A DNA stretch of 64,000 nucleotides from an uncultured Candidatus Saccharibacteria bacterium (GCA_964397435.1 CAYNHU010000001.1:209-64208); one strand, 5' to 3'; shown: positions 47,913 through 58,530, counted from the first letter of the stretch. Made by a program: numbers and translations. The notes: a model not told the origin generated them from the sequence alone.

Positions 47913-47995
47913 TGCGCCGGGGAGGATTCGAACCTCCGTAGCCCGAAGGCGTTTGATTTACAGTCAAATGCAATTGACCACTCTGCCACCGACGC
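47913..47995 (-). tRNA. tRNA-Tyr(GTA)
   Basis: GCGTCGG...CCGGCGC-A; anticodon arm tttga-ctgtaaa-tcaaa; long variable arm. Confidence 0.95.
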
Positions 47996-48077
47996 AAGTA
48001 CATCTTTCATGAGACGACACAGAGTAGTATAGCTAAAAAATAAAATTTTGTCACGCGATTGGTTTGGGTGGTTGTAT

Positions 48078-48122
48078 AAACTAAAACTGCGGGGCGGCTT
48101 CGCCGCCCCGCAGTTTTAGTTT
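48078..48122. terminator. 21-bp perfect hairpin, TTC/GAA loop
   Basis: aaactaaaactgcggggcggc-ttc-gccgccccgcagttttagttt. Confidence 0.8.
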
Positions 48123-48125
48123 TTC

Positions 48126-50090
48126 TTACAAATCAAACGAATCACTAATCACTCCCTTTCCTGCATGGAACGTTGGTGATGTATATATTTTCTGATAGAC
48201 ACCGTCTTGGTTTTTCGCTTCGACTGTCACATAGACATCAGATCGAGGAACCAAAATGTAGTAGAGACCTTCTTCATCAGTGACACGGTGTGCAATTTCA
48301 TGATTGAGACTTGCGCTCCATACTCGAACAATTGCGTATGGAACTGGCGCACCTTGATATGTCACTCTACCTGTTTTAACTGGGCCAAAACCAAATGATT
48401 GAAGAATCACAATCAAAACATAGAAACCAACCATGAGCATGTTCCACCATGTTGGAGATGTAAAGGTAATGATAATTGAAATGATGAAACCGAGAACGAA
48501 CGCGACATTAAAGAGTGTGTCCCAGAGCGCATGATTGCGTGTGAAGTAGTGCAAAAGATTTCGACGACGCTTCTGTTCTTGATTCCAGTCATTGGTGAGT
48601 GGATCCATTGGAACGTTCAATGTAATGACTTTTTCTTCTCCTGTCACTGCAAATGTTTCTCCGAAATACAAATTTTCATAAACTGAATCTTGCATTTGTC
48701 CAGCAAGCACTTTTGACGGGAACAAGTAGTTTGTTTTATTAACGATGATCTTGTATGTACCCTTCTTAAGGAAGAATCCGTATCGTCCATCAATGTCAGT
48801 AATTTGATTGAGAACTTCTTTGCCAGTTTCTGCATCTAATACAGAAACATACGCAGGATCAAGTGGTTCTTTACTAACAGCATCAAACACAACCCCCCAA
48901 GGACGCTTGCGACGATACAGTACTACAGTGAGAAGCATTCCACCGAAACGTGCAATCAATCCTGGTACAGTAGTAAGCAAACCGACGATTCCAATGGTAA
49001 TTGGAACGACTGGAGGAATTGTTTCAATATTTGGGATGCTAAAACCTCCAGTTGGAATTCCAAAGAAGCTGCCTGTACTGCCTGATGAACCACTTCCTGA
49101 AGTTCCTGTTGATCCTGAAGTTGTAGTTCCAGAAGTTCCTGTGCCTGATGTGCTAGTACCAGACGAACTACCGCCACCAATGAATTCAGTTATATCGCCA
49201 CCAGTAAATCCTCCAGAGAAGCCACCTGAGCTACCACCAGAAGAACCTGATGATCCACTACCACCAGATGTTCCCGTTGTACCTGTTGAACTAGTTCCTG
49301 ATGATGAACCATTACCTGAAGTTCCTGTTGATCCTGAAGTTGTTGAACCAGAAGTGCCTGTGCCTGATGTACTAGTACTGCCGGTAGAACCAGTTGAACC
49401 ACTACCACCTGTTGTAGATGTAGTTGGAGGTAATACAACACCACTTGAGCCACCGCCAGAACCTCCTGAACCACCACTTGAACCAGTACTACAACCAGGC
49501 CATGTTGTTTTCAAACCACTGTAGCCTGTCTGTGTTGATGCGAGTTCAATATATCCATAGTTTTCTGACCATACTTGTCCTGAGATTTGTCCTGTTCCAA
49601 GATCAATATGCGGTGCAACAAGTGCATTTTGAGGTGCAAAGTTTATCCATCCAGTGTTTTCACCCCATGCACAACCACCAAGTACACCAGTACATGCATT
49701 AGTAACATGAGATACACCATTACATTTTCCAGGTAACGGATCAGGTGCATTTATAGGATTCAAATTAATCCAGCCAATAGTCTCACCCCAGATTTTTCCA
49801 GTGATTGCAGTATCAGTAACCTGCACAGGTTCAGGACAAAGGTTCGTTGGATATGTTCCCCCGCACAATGGAAACCAGTTAATTAAATCTCGTACGAAAT
49901 CTTTGTTGAGATCAATATCATGAGAACCGAGGTTATCGTAAAATTGAGAGAATTTTAGATTCCAATCAATTCCTCCGGTTGCCGCATGTGCCTGAAATGG
50001 AACAAGCGTAAATGCTAGTAGCACGACCAAAAACACACTCTTCTTAATCGCCATGAGGGCGTATGAATGTAATATAGTAACAATTTTCAT
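48126..50090 (-). CDS. Large surface protein: WGE..GWI repeats, Gly/Ser/Thr linker, TM segments, carboxypeptidase-regulatory-like domains
   Basis: Signal AHA; WGETIGWIN/WGENTGWIN/WSENYGYI; TDIDGRYGF and TDEEGLYYI. Confidence 0.8.
   Translation of the reverse strand: MKIVTILHSYALMAIKKSVFLVVLLAFTLVPFQAHAATGGIDWNLKFSQFYDNLGSHDIDLNKDFVRDLINWFPLCGGTYPTNLCPEPVQVTDTAITGKIWGETIGWINLNPINAPDPLPGKCNGVSHVTNACTGVLGGCAWGENTGWINFAPQNALVAPHIDLGTGQISGQVWSENYGYIELASTQTGYSGLKTTWPGCSTGSSGGSGGSGGGSSGVVLPPTTSTTGGSGSTGSTGSTSTSGTGTSGSTTSGSTGTSGNGSSSGTSSTGTTGTSGGSGSSGSSGGSSGGFSGGFTGGDITEFIGGGSSSGTSTSGTGTSGTTTSGSTGTSGSGSSGSTGSFFGIPTGGFSIPNIETIPPVVPITIGIVGLLTTVPGLIARFGGMLLTVVLYRRKRPWGVVFDAVSKEPLDPAYVSVLDAETGKEVLNQITDIDGRYGFFLKKGTYKIIVNKTNYLFPSKVLAGQMQDSVYENLYFGETFAVTGEEKVITLNVPMDPLTNDWNQEQKRRRNLLHYFTRNHALWDTLFNVAFVLGFIISIIITFTSPTWWNMLMVGFYVLIVILQSFGFGPVKTGRVTYQGAPVPYAIVRVWSASLNHEIAHRVTDEEGLYYILVPRSDVYVTVEAKNQDGVYQKIYTSPTFHAGKGVISDSFDL
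49083..49378. repeat. Two ~77-bp imperfect direct repeats in the GST linker
   Basis: 49083-49159 and 49302-49378 both encode TSTSGTGTSG(S/T)TTSGSTGTSG(N/S)GSS. Confidence 0.8.
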
Positions 50091-50156
50091 GTAAAGAAAG
50101 TATACCAAATGTCGGTATCAAAGTTAATGATTTTAGGCAGTAAAACTGTGTACAAT

Positions 50157-50187
50157 TATAAAAAGCCAGCATAGCTGGCTTTTTATA
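50157..50187. terminator. Hairpin downstream of clpB
   Basis: tataaaaagccagc-ata-gctggctttttata. Confidence 0.75.
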
Positions 50188-50195
50188 CTCTCATA

Positions 50196-52871
50196 TTATC
50201 CTTGCACTCGAGCTCGTGTCGCAATACTTGCAGGTTTGCGCACTTTGTTTTTCTTCATTTCGATTGAAAGTTCTCCGTTCTTTAATCCAACACTAACGCT
50301 ATCACCTTTCTTGATATTGTTTGAGATGATAAACGCAGCAACAGGATTGAGAATCTTTGACTGGATCAAACGATTGAGTGGTCGTGCTCCGTAATGCGGG
50401 TTGTAGCCTTCTTGTGCGAGATAGCCAAACGCATCATCGTTAATCTCAAGCGTAATACCTTTTGCGAGCAATCGTTCTTGAACAACAGCAACGCGGATAT
50501 TCACGATTTGTTTAATAACTTCTGGTGAGAGAACATCAAATATAACAATCTCATCAATGCGGTTCAAAAACTCTGGACGGAAGTGATCTTTCAAACTATC
50601 CATCACCTTGTCTTTGACTTGTTCGTACTGATGATTTCCACCACCTGAAGCGAAACCGATAGACTCCATTTTCTCAATAAACTGAGAACCAATGTTTGAA
50701 GTCATAATGATGATACTGTTTTTAAAGTTCACGATGCGTCCCTTTCCATCGGTCATGCGTCCGTCGTCGAGCACTTGAAGCAAGACGTTAAAGACTTCTG
50801 GGTGAGCTTTTTCAATTTCATCGAACAAAATAACTGAGTATGGACGGTGACGAATTGCTTCAGTCAACTGACCACTTTCATCGTGACCGACATAGCCTGG
50901 TGGTGAACCGAGTAATTTTGAAACACTGTGGCGTTCCATGTACTCACTCATATCAACACGAACCAATGCTTTTTCGTCGTTGAACATGAATTCAGCAAGT
51001 GCTTTTGTTAATTCTGTTTTACCAACACCAGTTGGACCGAGGAAGATAAATGAACCGATTGGTTTGTTAGGATCTGAAATACCTGCACGTGACCGTCGGA
51101 CAACATCAGCGATTTTCTTGATTGCATCTTCCTGACCAACTACACGCTTGCGAAGTTCGTCTTCCATGCGTTCGAGTTTCTGACGTTCCTCTTCGAGCAT
51201 TTTAACGAGTGGAATACCAGTCCAGCGAGACACAACTTCGGCAATGTCTTCTGCGGTGATTTCTTCTTTGAGAATGCGTCGAGATTTCTGAAGTTTTTTG
51301 AGACGAGCAAGTTTCTGATCGAGTTCTTTTTGAAGCGCAGGAATACGTCCATAACGAATTTCAGCTGCTTTGCCGAGATCAACACGGAGTTCTGCATTTT
51401 CTGCCTCGAGGCGGAAGGTGTCGAGTTCTTTTTTGATGCGGTGAATATCGCTCACAGTACCTTTTTCGTTCTGCCATTTAAGCTGCAATTCTTGCACTTT
51501 TTCGTGAAGATTACCGAGTTCTTTTTCAATCTCTTTCACACGAGCTTTTGCTTCTTTGTTGTCAGCGGCTTCGCGCTTCAATGCTTCACGTTCAATTTCA
51601 AGACGAGTGACTTTACGTTCTGTTTCTTCAAGTATTTCTGGCTTGTTTTCAAGTGCCATACGAAGTGCAGAAGACGCTTCATCAATCAAATCAACTGCTT
51701 TGTCAGGAAGATATCGGTTTGTGATGTAACGTGACGAAAGTGTCACTGCAGCAACGATTGCATCATCAGTGATGCGAACACCGTGGTAAATTTCATATTT
51801 TGGTTTGAGGCCACGTAAAATTGCAGTTGCATCTTCGGCACTTGGTTCATCAACATACACTGGCTGGAAACGACGTGCGAGCGCAGGATCTTTTTCGATA
51901 TGTTTCTGGTATTCCTTGAGTGTTGTTGCACCAATTGCACGAAGTTCGCCGCGAGCAAGTGCAGGCTTGAGCATATTTGATGCATCAAGTGAACCTTCAG
52001 AAGCACCTGCACCAACGATGGTGTGAATTTCGTCAACGAAGAGAATTACTTTGTTGTCTGATTTTTCAATCTCTTTCATGATTGCTTTCAAGCGGTCTTC
52101 AAATTCACCGCGGTATTTTGTACCAGCAAGCAAAAGACCAAGATCAAGTGACACAATCTCTTTGTCTTTGAGAGATTCTGGCGCATCGCCTTTGGCGATG
52201 CGCTGTGCAAGCCCTTCAACAACCGCAGTCTTACCTGTTCCCGCTTCACCAATCAAAATTGGATTATTTTTTGTACGTCGAGAAAGGATCTGCATGATGC
52301 GCATAATTTCAGCATCGCGACCAATCACAGGATCAAGTTTATCTTGACGTGCGAGTGTTGTGAGGCTACGTGTATATTTTGCAAGCTGTCGTGTTTTCTT
52401 TGAGCTTGAAATTTCAGCTCCACCTTGTGTGCGAAATTCTTCGACAACTTTTATAACAGTGTCTTTCTGAATTTTAAATCGTGAGAGAATGTGACGCGCT
52501 TCACTATCAACTTCAAGAATCGCGATGAAAAGATGCTCAGTTGAAACAAATTCATCTTTCATAGTTGCGGCAACTTTACTTGAAAGTTCAATCACTTGTG
52601 CGAGATCTGGTGTAAGGTAAATCTGATATGACGGAGAAATAGTGCTGTTTGTTCCAGGAATTTCGATTGCTTCCAAAATAGAATCAGTCAAAAGAGCCGT
52701 ATCAATTTCGAGACGGTCGAGAATAGAAAGAACCATTGATTCTTCCTGAAGCAACAATGCTGCAAGTAAATGAATCGAATTTACATGGTTCTGGCCACGT
52801 TCAATAGCGAGTTCATGACTCTTGCGAATTGCTTCCTTTGCTTTGGTTGTGAAATGATTAAATGGTGGCAT
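50196..52871 (-). CDS. clpB: ATP-dependent chaperone ClpB
   Basis: Two AAA+ modules ([16 protein letters not shown]), long M-domain coiled coil, PPGYVG. Confidence 0.93.
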   Translation of the reverse strand: MPPFNHFTTKAKEAIRKSHELAIERGQNHVNSIHLLAALLLQEESMVLSILDRLEIDTALLTDSILEAIEIPGTNSTISPSYQIYLTPDLAQVIELSSKVAATMKDEFVSTEHLFIAILEVDSEARHILSRFKIQKDTVIKVVEEFRTQGGAEISSSKKTRQLAKYTRSLTTLARQDKLDPVIGRDAEIMRIMQILSRRTKNNPILIGEAGTGKTAVVEGLAQRIAKGDAPESLKDKEIVSLDLGLLLAGTKYRGEFEDRLKAIMKEIEKSDNKVILFVDEIHTIVGAGASEGSLDASNMLKPALARGELRAIGATTLKEYQKHIEKDPALARRFQPVYVDEPSAEDATAILRGLKPKYEIYHGVRITDDAIVAAVTLSSRYITNRYLPDKAVDLIDEASSALRMALENKPEILEETERKVTRLEIEREALKREAADNKEAKARVKEIEKELGNLHEKVQELQLKWQNEKGTVSDIHRIKKELDTFRLEAENAELRVDLGKAAEIRYGRIPALQKELDQKLARLKKLQKSRRILKEEITAEDIAEVVSRWTGIPLVKMLEEERQKLERMEDELRKRVVGQEDAIKKIADVVRRSRAGISDPNKPIGSFIFLGPTGVGKTELTKALAEFMFNDEKALVRVDMSEYMERHSVSKLLGSPPGYVGHDESGQLTEAIRHRPYSVILFDEIEKAHPEVFNVLLQVLDDGRMTDGKGRIVNFKNSIIIMTSNIGSQFIEKMESIGFASGGGNHQYEQVKDKVMDSLKDHFRPEFLNRIDEIVIFDVLSPEVIKQIVNIRVAVVQERLLAKGITLEINDDAFGYLAQEGYNPHYGARPLNRLIQSKILNPVAAFIISNNIKKGDSVSVGLKNGELSIEMKKNKVRKPASIATRARVQG

Positions 52872-52912
52872 ATATATACTTTACAATATTAAAAATATTT
52901 GTCAATACTTAC

Positions 52913-53752
52913 CTATTTCGCACTGGTAGGTGATGCATTTGCTGTGGTAATCGCACTCGCAATATAGTCTGGCGGATAGATATGGACCGAGCCTGTGTCG
53001 TCGAGCGCAACGATACCAATCAGGAGACCATCACTACTTAGTACGGGAGCACCATCAAATTTGGTGCTAATAGTATCGCTCAGTGTAATTTCATTTTTAG
53101 TCACCTGCGTAACAGTAGTTTTAACAAATTTACCACCGAGACCAACAACGAGTGCTGTCTGCCCTATTTTCGGAGTTGCACCGACACCATCTGATTTAAG
53201 TTCTGAAAACGCGGCTGTTTTTTCACCTTGTCTCAAAACAAGAACAGTAAGGTCAACATCCTTGTTGTAAGTGCTACTATTGATTGGATACGTATTACCG
53301 GCAATAACAACAAAGTCTTTTGGTGTCACAGTATAATTTCCAGATGTAATGAATTTACCTTTTGCGTCAACGAGTACACCTTGTGAAATGAGCACTGTTT
53401 GTTCACCCGAAGACAGAACACTCGGATCTGCTGTTGGATCGTTTGCGGCAGGTGTCGTTGTTATCTTTGTATAGATTGCACCTGTTTGTTTAAATCCACG
53501 ATTGAGGGATTCTGCAACAAGATCATCTTCTTTGATGATAATTGTTTTTTGCTGCGTTGGTATCTGTGTGGCAACAGAATTAGGAACGGTTGTTTCGATA
53601 GTTCGTTCAATTACCTGATTGATAACTGAACTCACTGCTGGAGATTCTTGTAATAGGTACACAGTAACAATACCTGTTGCAATTGAGGTAACAAAAGAAA
53701 TGAGGAGCGTGAGGAGCACGAGCTGGTAGTTGTTCAAATCTTTCAAGTCCAT
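52913..53752 (-). CDS. Membrane-anchored degenerate trypsin-like protein
   Basis: N-terminal TM; QGVLV...DLTVL...GAPVLSSDGLLIGI lacks the GNSGG serine. Confidence 0.6.
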   Translation of the reverse strand: MDLKDLNNYQLVLLTLLISFVTSIATGIVTVYLLQESPAVSSVINQVIERTIETTVPNSVATQIPTQQKTIIIKEDDLVAESLNRGFKQTGAIYTKITTTPAANDPTADPSVLSSGEQTVLISQGVLVDAKGKFITSGNYTVTPKDFVVIAGNTYPINSSTYNKDVDLTVLVLRQGEKTAAFSELKSDGVGATPKIGQTALVVGLGGKFVKTTVTQVTKNEITLSDTISTKFDGAPVLSSDGLLIGIVALDDTGSVHIYPPDYIASAITTANASPTSAK

Positions 53753-53798
53753 ATGCCAAGTATACCATGGCAGTCAAGTGGAGCGAAGAACTACCGTA

Positions 53799-55004
53799 TT
53801 AGGCTTTGAGAAGCTTTAGTATGTCAAACAGCGATTTCAAGAAATAGTCAATTTCCTTTTTCGTCGTACCTCTACCAAAGCTAATGCGCACACTTCCAGC
53901 TTCAACATCAGCATCTTTGAGGTTGAGTGCGCTGATAACATGTGAAGGTTCCGCATCGGTACTTTTACATGCACTTTTTACTGAAGCGCACACACCTCGC
54001 GCATCGAGATAGATAACAATCATTTCCCCGTTATAACCAGGAATAGTGAAGTTAATATTGTTTGGTAAACGTGATGCTATACCACCGTTAATACGAATGT
54101 GATATGGGAGTTTCTGTAATTTTGAAATTGTGTAGTTTTGTAATGTTGCAAGACGCGCGCTTTCTTTGGCGCGAAGTTTGTCAGCAAGGACAACCGCTTC
54201 AGCAAACGCGAGCAATGCAGGAAGTGCTTCTGTTCCAGGACGGAGTCCGAATTCCTGATCACCACCAAATAATATCGGCGCGATCGGTGTGCCACGTTTT
54301 ACAAATAATGCACCCGTGCCTTTTGGGCCGTACAATTTTGAGCCGTTCAATGTGAGTAAATCAACACCCATTTTTTCAACAGCAATTGGAATATAGTTCA
54401 GCGCCTGACTCGCATCTGTGTGGAGTAATGGATAGCGCGCGCCGACACGATCATCCGACTCTTTGTGTCGGCGCGCGTGGCGAACCTCTTTTGCAATATC
54501 CATAACCGGCTCAATCGTACCAATCTCATTGTTCGCAAGCATGACAGACACCAAAATGGTTTCGGGACGAATAAGCTTTCGGAGTGCTGTTACTGAAACC
54601 TGTCCAGTATGATCAACAGGAAGTACTGAAACATCAACACCTTCATCACGCAGCACCTGTGCAGTACTCATAACAGCAGCGTGTTCAATTGATGACACAA
54701 TGATGTGTGGTTGAATAGTTGGATGCTTTTGTTTGAATGCACGAACAACACCAAGCAGCGCAAGGTTGTCACTTTCAGTACCACCAGAAACAAAGACAAT
54801 CTCGTCACTGTGCGCGCCAAGCACCTGCGCAACCTTACCACGCGCTTCATCAAGCACACGGCGAGCAGCAACACCAAGACCATGAATAGCACTTGGATTT
54901 GCAAAATAACGCTTGGTTGCAACCGTAAGCACACGAAGTACTCGCGGATCAACTGGCGTTGCCGATGCGTAATCAAAATAAATTGTCGGTTTTTGGGTTT
55001 TCAT
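53799..55004 (-). CDS. Cysteine desulfurase (IscS/NifS group I)
   Basis: IYFDYASATP, SGGTESDN, HTDASQ, SKLYGPKG, SAC, VRISFGR. Confidence 0.92.
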   Translation of the reverse strand: MKTQKPTIYFDYASATPVDPRVLRVLTVATKRYFANPSAIHGLGVAARRVLDEARGKVAQVLGAHSDEIVFVSGGTESDNLALLGVVRAFKQKHPTIQPHIIVSSIEHAAVMSTAQVLRDEGVDVSVLPVDHTGQVSVTALRKLIRPETILVSVMLANNEIGTIEPVMDIAKEVRHARRHKESDDRVGARYPLLHTDASQALNYIPIAVEKMGVDLLTLNGSKLYGPKGTGALFVKRGTPIAPILFGGDQEFGLRPGTEALPALLAFAEAVVLADKLRAKESARLATLQNYTISKLQKLPYHIRINGGIASRLPNNINFTIPGYNGEMIVIYLDARGVCASVKSACKSTDAEPSHVISALNLKDADVEAGSVRISFGRGTTKKEIDYFLKSLFDILKLLKA

Positions 55005-55048
55005 ATACATTGCTAAAGCACTGTTTTTATTATATACTTTGTGCCTGT

Positions 55049-55504
55049 ATGGATCTAGACACAATACTCATTTATACGCTTATTGCAACTAATCTCCTTA
55101 CTCTCATATGGCTCATCTATACCGAACTTCGGTTACGACGAGTTTTTAGAGGCAAGCAGACACAAGATCTTGAGCATGTTTTACGTGCCATACAGCACGG
55201 TTTGACCGGTATCGAATCAACACACAGCGAAATCAAATCACGCCTCCTTGGTGCTGAAAAACGTCTCGCTCGCTCGATTCGTAACATCAAAACAATTCGT
55301 TTCAATCCTTTTACTGATTCAGGAAGCAACCAAAGTTTTGCTACTGCAATTATAGACGATCATGGCGACGGAGTCATTCTTTCAAGTCTCTACTCCCGCG
55401 AACGCGTCAGTATTTTTGCAAAACCAATCGTTAAAGGTAAACCATTGTACGATCTAACCGAAGAAGAACAAACCGTTTTGAACCAATCATACAATAATGA
55501 GTAA
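55049..55504 (+). CDS. DUF4446-like protein
   Basis: TM plus coiled coil, RFNPFTDSGSNQSFA, GVILSSLYSRE, FAKP. Confidence 0.75.
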   Translation: MDLDTILIYTLIATNLLTLIWLIYTELRLRRVFRGKQTQDLEHVLRAIQHGLTGIESTHSEIKSRLLGAEKRLARSIRNIKTIRFNPFTDSGSNQSFATAIIDDHGDGVILSSLYSRERVSIFAKPIVKGKPLYDLTEEEQTVLNQSYNNE

Positions 55505-57017
55505 CACAGCATCTACAGCTTCAAACACATCACGATCACCAGTTGTGGTAATCATGGGACACATCGACCACGGCAAGTCGACGCTTCTTGACTATATCCG
55601 CAAATCAAACATTGTTGCCGGTGAAGCTGGTGGTATCACACAACACCTTTCTGCATACGAAGTACCACACAAAGACGAACACGGTGTACAGCGAACCATT
55701 ACATTTCTTGATACTCCAGGCCACGAAGCATTCTCAAAAATGCGCGCTCGTGGAACAAAAACAGCCGACATCGCTATTCTCGTTGTATCAGCAGAAGACT
55801 CAGTCAAAGCACAGACACTCGAAGCATGGGAAACAATTGTCGCCAGTGGCATTCCCTACATTGTTGCAATCAACAAAATTGATAAACCAGGCGCAAACGT
55901 AGAAAAAACAAAACTTGATCTCACAGAAAAAGGAATTTACCTCGAAGGTTACGGCGGTGATGTTCCCTACGCAGAAATTTCAGCTAAACAAGGAACAAAC
56001 GTAGACACACTGCTCGATTTGATTCTCTTGGTTGCAGACATGCACAACCTAACTGGAAACAAAGCGCTCCCAGCGACTGGTACAGTTATCGAATCACACC
56101 TTGATCCAAAACGTGGCATTGCAGCAACATTGATCATCAAAAACGGTTCTATTAAAAAAGGAGACTTTATCGTCGTTGAAGACTCTATCGTTGGTACCCG
56201 TATTCTTGAAAATTTCCTCGGCAAAGCAATTACTGAGGCATCGTTCTCATCTCCAATCCACGTGACAGGTTTCAATAAGCAACCACCTGTCGGTAGCGCA
56301 TTTGAAGTATGCGCATCAAAAAAAGAAGCTGAGCAAAAAGCTCGCGATTGGCAAGACCTCAAACGAGAATTCGCTGAACCAGCAGAACTTCCAACAGAGA
56401 CAAGTGAGGAAATCAAACTCGTTCCCCTCATCATCAAATCAGATGTTGCAGGAACACTTGATGCAATTGAAAAAGAAATTCGCAAAGTAGAATTACCAAA
56501 CTCAAAATTCAAAATTCTCGACAAGGGTGTTGGTGCTATCGGCGAAAGTGATATCCGCCTCGCAAGTTCAGACAAAGAAAGTATCATCGTTGGTTTTAAT
56601 GTAAAAATGGATCCACGTGCTCGAGACCTTAACGAAAAAGAACACGTGCTCGTACAGACATTTGAAATTATCTACAAACTCTCAGACTTCCTCAAAGAAG
56701 AAATTTACAACCGTCGCCCACGCATTACCACCCTCGAACCAACAGGTAGCGCAAAGGTGCTCAAATTCTTCTCAGCAACAAAAGACAAACAGGTTGTTGG
56801 CGCTAAAGTTATCAACGGAACACTCAACGGAAACTCACAGGTTCGCATTCTTCGACGAGATAGCGAAATCTGTCGCGCACATATTATTGAATTGCAGCAC
56901 AACAAGGTAAAAATCAAGACAGTCGAGGAAGGTATGGAATTCGGTATGCTCATCGAAGCAAAAACTGAACTCGCTGCTGGTGATGTTATTGAAGCTTTTA
57001 CACTTATCGAAAAATAA
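55497..57017 (+). CDS. infB: Translation initiation factor IF-2 (no N-terminal domain)
   Basis: [28 protein letters not shown]. Confidence 0.96.
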   Translation: MSNTASTASNTSRSPVVVIMGHIDHGKSTLLDYIRKSNIVAGEAGGITQHLSAYEVPHKDEHGVQRTITFLDTPGHEAFSKMRARGTKTADIAILVVSAEDSVKAQTLEAWETIVASGIPYIVAINKIDKPGANVEKTKLDLTEKGIYLEGYGGDVPYAEISAKQGTNVDTLLDLILLVADMHNLTGNKALPATGTVIESHLDPKRGIAATLIIKNGSIKKGDFIVVEDSIVGTRILENFLGKAITEASFSSPIHVTGFNKQPPVGSAFEVCASKKEAEQKARDWQDLKREFAEPAELPTETSEEIKLVPLIIKSDVAGTLDAIEKEIRKVELPNSKFKILDKGVGAIGESDIRLASSDKESIIVGFNVKMDPRARDLNEKEHVLVQTFEIIYKLSDFLKEEIYNRRPRITTLEPTGSAKVLKFFSATKDKQVVGAKVINGTLNGNSQVRILRRDSEICRAHIIELQHNKVKIKTVEEGMEFGMLIEAKTELAAGDVIEAFTLIEK

Positions 57018-57021
57018 TCAC

Positions 57022-57339
57022 ATGGACGCACACAAAGAAAAACTTGAAGAACAGATTCGCCGACTCACTGCTGAGTTTCTTGAACGTGAGAGTAACCGTG
57101 ACGCACTCGTCACAGTAACACAAGCAATCCTCTCCCCTGATACCAAAAACGCGACTGTCTACATCTCAGTGTTACCTGAGACAAAAGAAAAAGCCGTTCT
57201 TGATTTCGCAAAACGACTTCGCCCAGAAATGCGCACCTACCTCAAAGAGCACATGCGCTCACGCATGATTCCGTTTATCGAAGTAGAAATTGATCTTGGT
57301 GAGAAACATCGACAAAAGATTGATAATTTATTAAGATAA
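57022..57339 (+). CDS. rbfA: Ribosome-binding factor A
   Basis: VTVT..LSPD.KNATVYIS; follows infB. Confidence 0.85.
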   Translation: MDAHKEKLEEQIRRLTAEFLERESNRDALVTVTQAILSPDTKNATVYISVLPETKEKAVLDFAKRLRPEMRTYLKEHMRSRMIPFIEVEIDLGEKHRQKIDNLLR

Positions 57340-57354
57340 CACGGTAAGCGACAC

Positions 57355-57426
57355 GACCTAGTCGCCAAGTGGTAAGGCAAGGGTCTGCAAAACCCTTATA
57401 CGGCGGTTCGATTCCGCCCTAGGTCT
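57355..57426 (+). tRNA. tRNA-Cys(GCA)
   Basis: GACCTAG...CTAGGTC-T; anticodon arm agggt-ctgcaaa-accct. Confidence 0.95.
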
Positions 57427-57452
57427 CACTGAGCGTCTGTGACACTCAATAT

Positions 57453-57536
57453 GCCCAGATGATGAAACTGGTAGACATAGGGGACTTAAAATCCCCAGGC
57501 AGCAATGCCGTGTGGGTTCGATTCCCACTCTGGGCA
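57453..57536 (+). tRNA. tRNA-Leu(TAA)
   Basis: GCCCAGA...TCTGGGC-A; loop cttaaaa; long variable arm. Confidence 0.95.
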
Positions 57537-57607
57537 CGTTACATTGATTATATAAATCTTTATTTATATTTTATAAGTATTTTTTGAGTGTATTATAAAA
57601 TACACTT

Positions 57608-58252
57608 ATGGCACACAGAAAAGGGAAAGTTCAAATCACCTGGAATGCCAATTTTGCCTATGTGCTTGGTATTATTGCTGCTGATGGAAATCTTTCTCCT
57701 GACGGCAGGCATATCAATATCACATCAAAAGATTACGAACTGGTTTTAAAATGCAAAAAATCTCTCGGTTTAAAAAATAAAATCGGCCGCAAGGCACGAG
57801 GAGGATCAATAAATAAAAAATATTCTGTTCTTCAATTTGGTGATATTGTTTTCTATAATTTTCTGATCAAGATTAGTTTTACTCCAAATAAATCACGTAC
57901 ACTCTCAAAAATACAACTGCCTCAACAATATTTCAGAGATTTTTTACGTGGATGTATTGATGGCGATGGAAGTATTAGTATTTCCAGACATCCTGAAAGT
58001 AATCATGATCAATATAAGATACGTCTTTGCTCAGGTAGCAGAAAATTTTTAGTTTGAGTATTACAACAATGCAGAGAGATGTGTTCACCTATTAAAGGTT
58101 CAATACACCCACAAAATCAATCAAATATACATATACTCGTATTTGCCAAACATGATAGTGTAAAAATGTTACGTTGGATATATCATGAAAATGTGGTATG
58201 TTTATCAAGGAAAAAGAACGTAGCAGACAGAATTTTAGGGCAAGTGGCGTAA
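57608..58252 (+). pseudogene. Two-motif LAGLIDADG homing endonuclease gene with one internal TGA
   Basis: FAYVLGIIAADGNL and DFLRGCIDGDGSI; frame continues after TGA 58055-57 to LSRKK and TAA 58250-52. Confidence 0.82.
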
Positions 58253-58321
58253 TTGGTAGCCGCACTGCGCTTAGGACGCAGCGAGAGTAATCTCATGGGA
58301 GTTCGAGTCTCCCCTTGCCCA
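58238..58321 (+). tRNA. tRNA-Leu(TAG)
   Basis: GGGCAAG...CTTGCCC-A; loop cttagga; long variable arm. Confidence 0.94.
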
Positions 58322-58382
58322 CAAACACAAAAAAGATTGAATTTTCTGTGTTTTCGTGTATACTTAAAAACGTTTTAGTACT

Positions 58383-58455
58383 GCGCCCGTAGCTCAGATG
58401 GTAGAGCAGCTCCCTTTTAAGGAGATGGTCGGAGGTTCGATCCCTCCCGGGCGCA
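58383..58455 (+). tRNA. tRNA-Lys(TTT)
   Basis: GCGCCCG...CGGGCGC-A; loop cttttaa; upstream TTGAAT-16-TATACT. Confidence 0.94.
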
Positions 58456-58530
58456 CACCCAAAAAACACAATAAAAAAGAAGCACTAGCGAGGGCTAATG
58501 CTTCTGTGTTTTAAAAATTTTGTATCCTTA

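Noticed and set aside
48808-49524. 238-aa plus-strand Pro/Glu/Val-rich ORF
   Set aside because: Antisense shadow of the Gly/Ser/Thr linker of 48126..50090
4025-56910. Numerous 60-200 aa alternative-frame ORFs overlapping core genes
   Set aside because: Shadow ORFs without motifs or independent promoters
58055-58057. TGA recoding (code 4 or 25) suggested by in-frame TGA in the LAGLIDADG gene and at 14401
   Set aside because: TGA is used as a true stop in ATGA overlaps (3474, 20124, 31675), long core genes contain no internal TGA, tRNA-Trp has a CCA anticodon, and the 14020 frame also contains a TAG
57453-58321. Intron-split tRNA-Leu carrying the endonuclease
   Set aside because: Both flanking tRNA-Leu genes are complete cloverleaves with different sequences; no intron core was recognised
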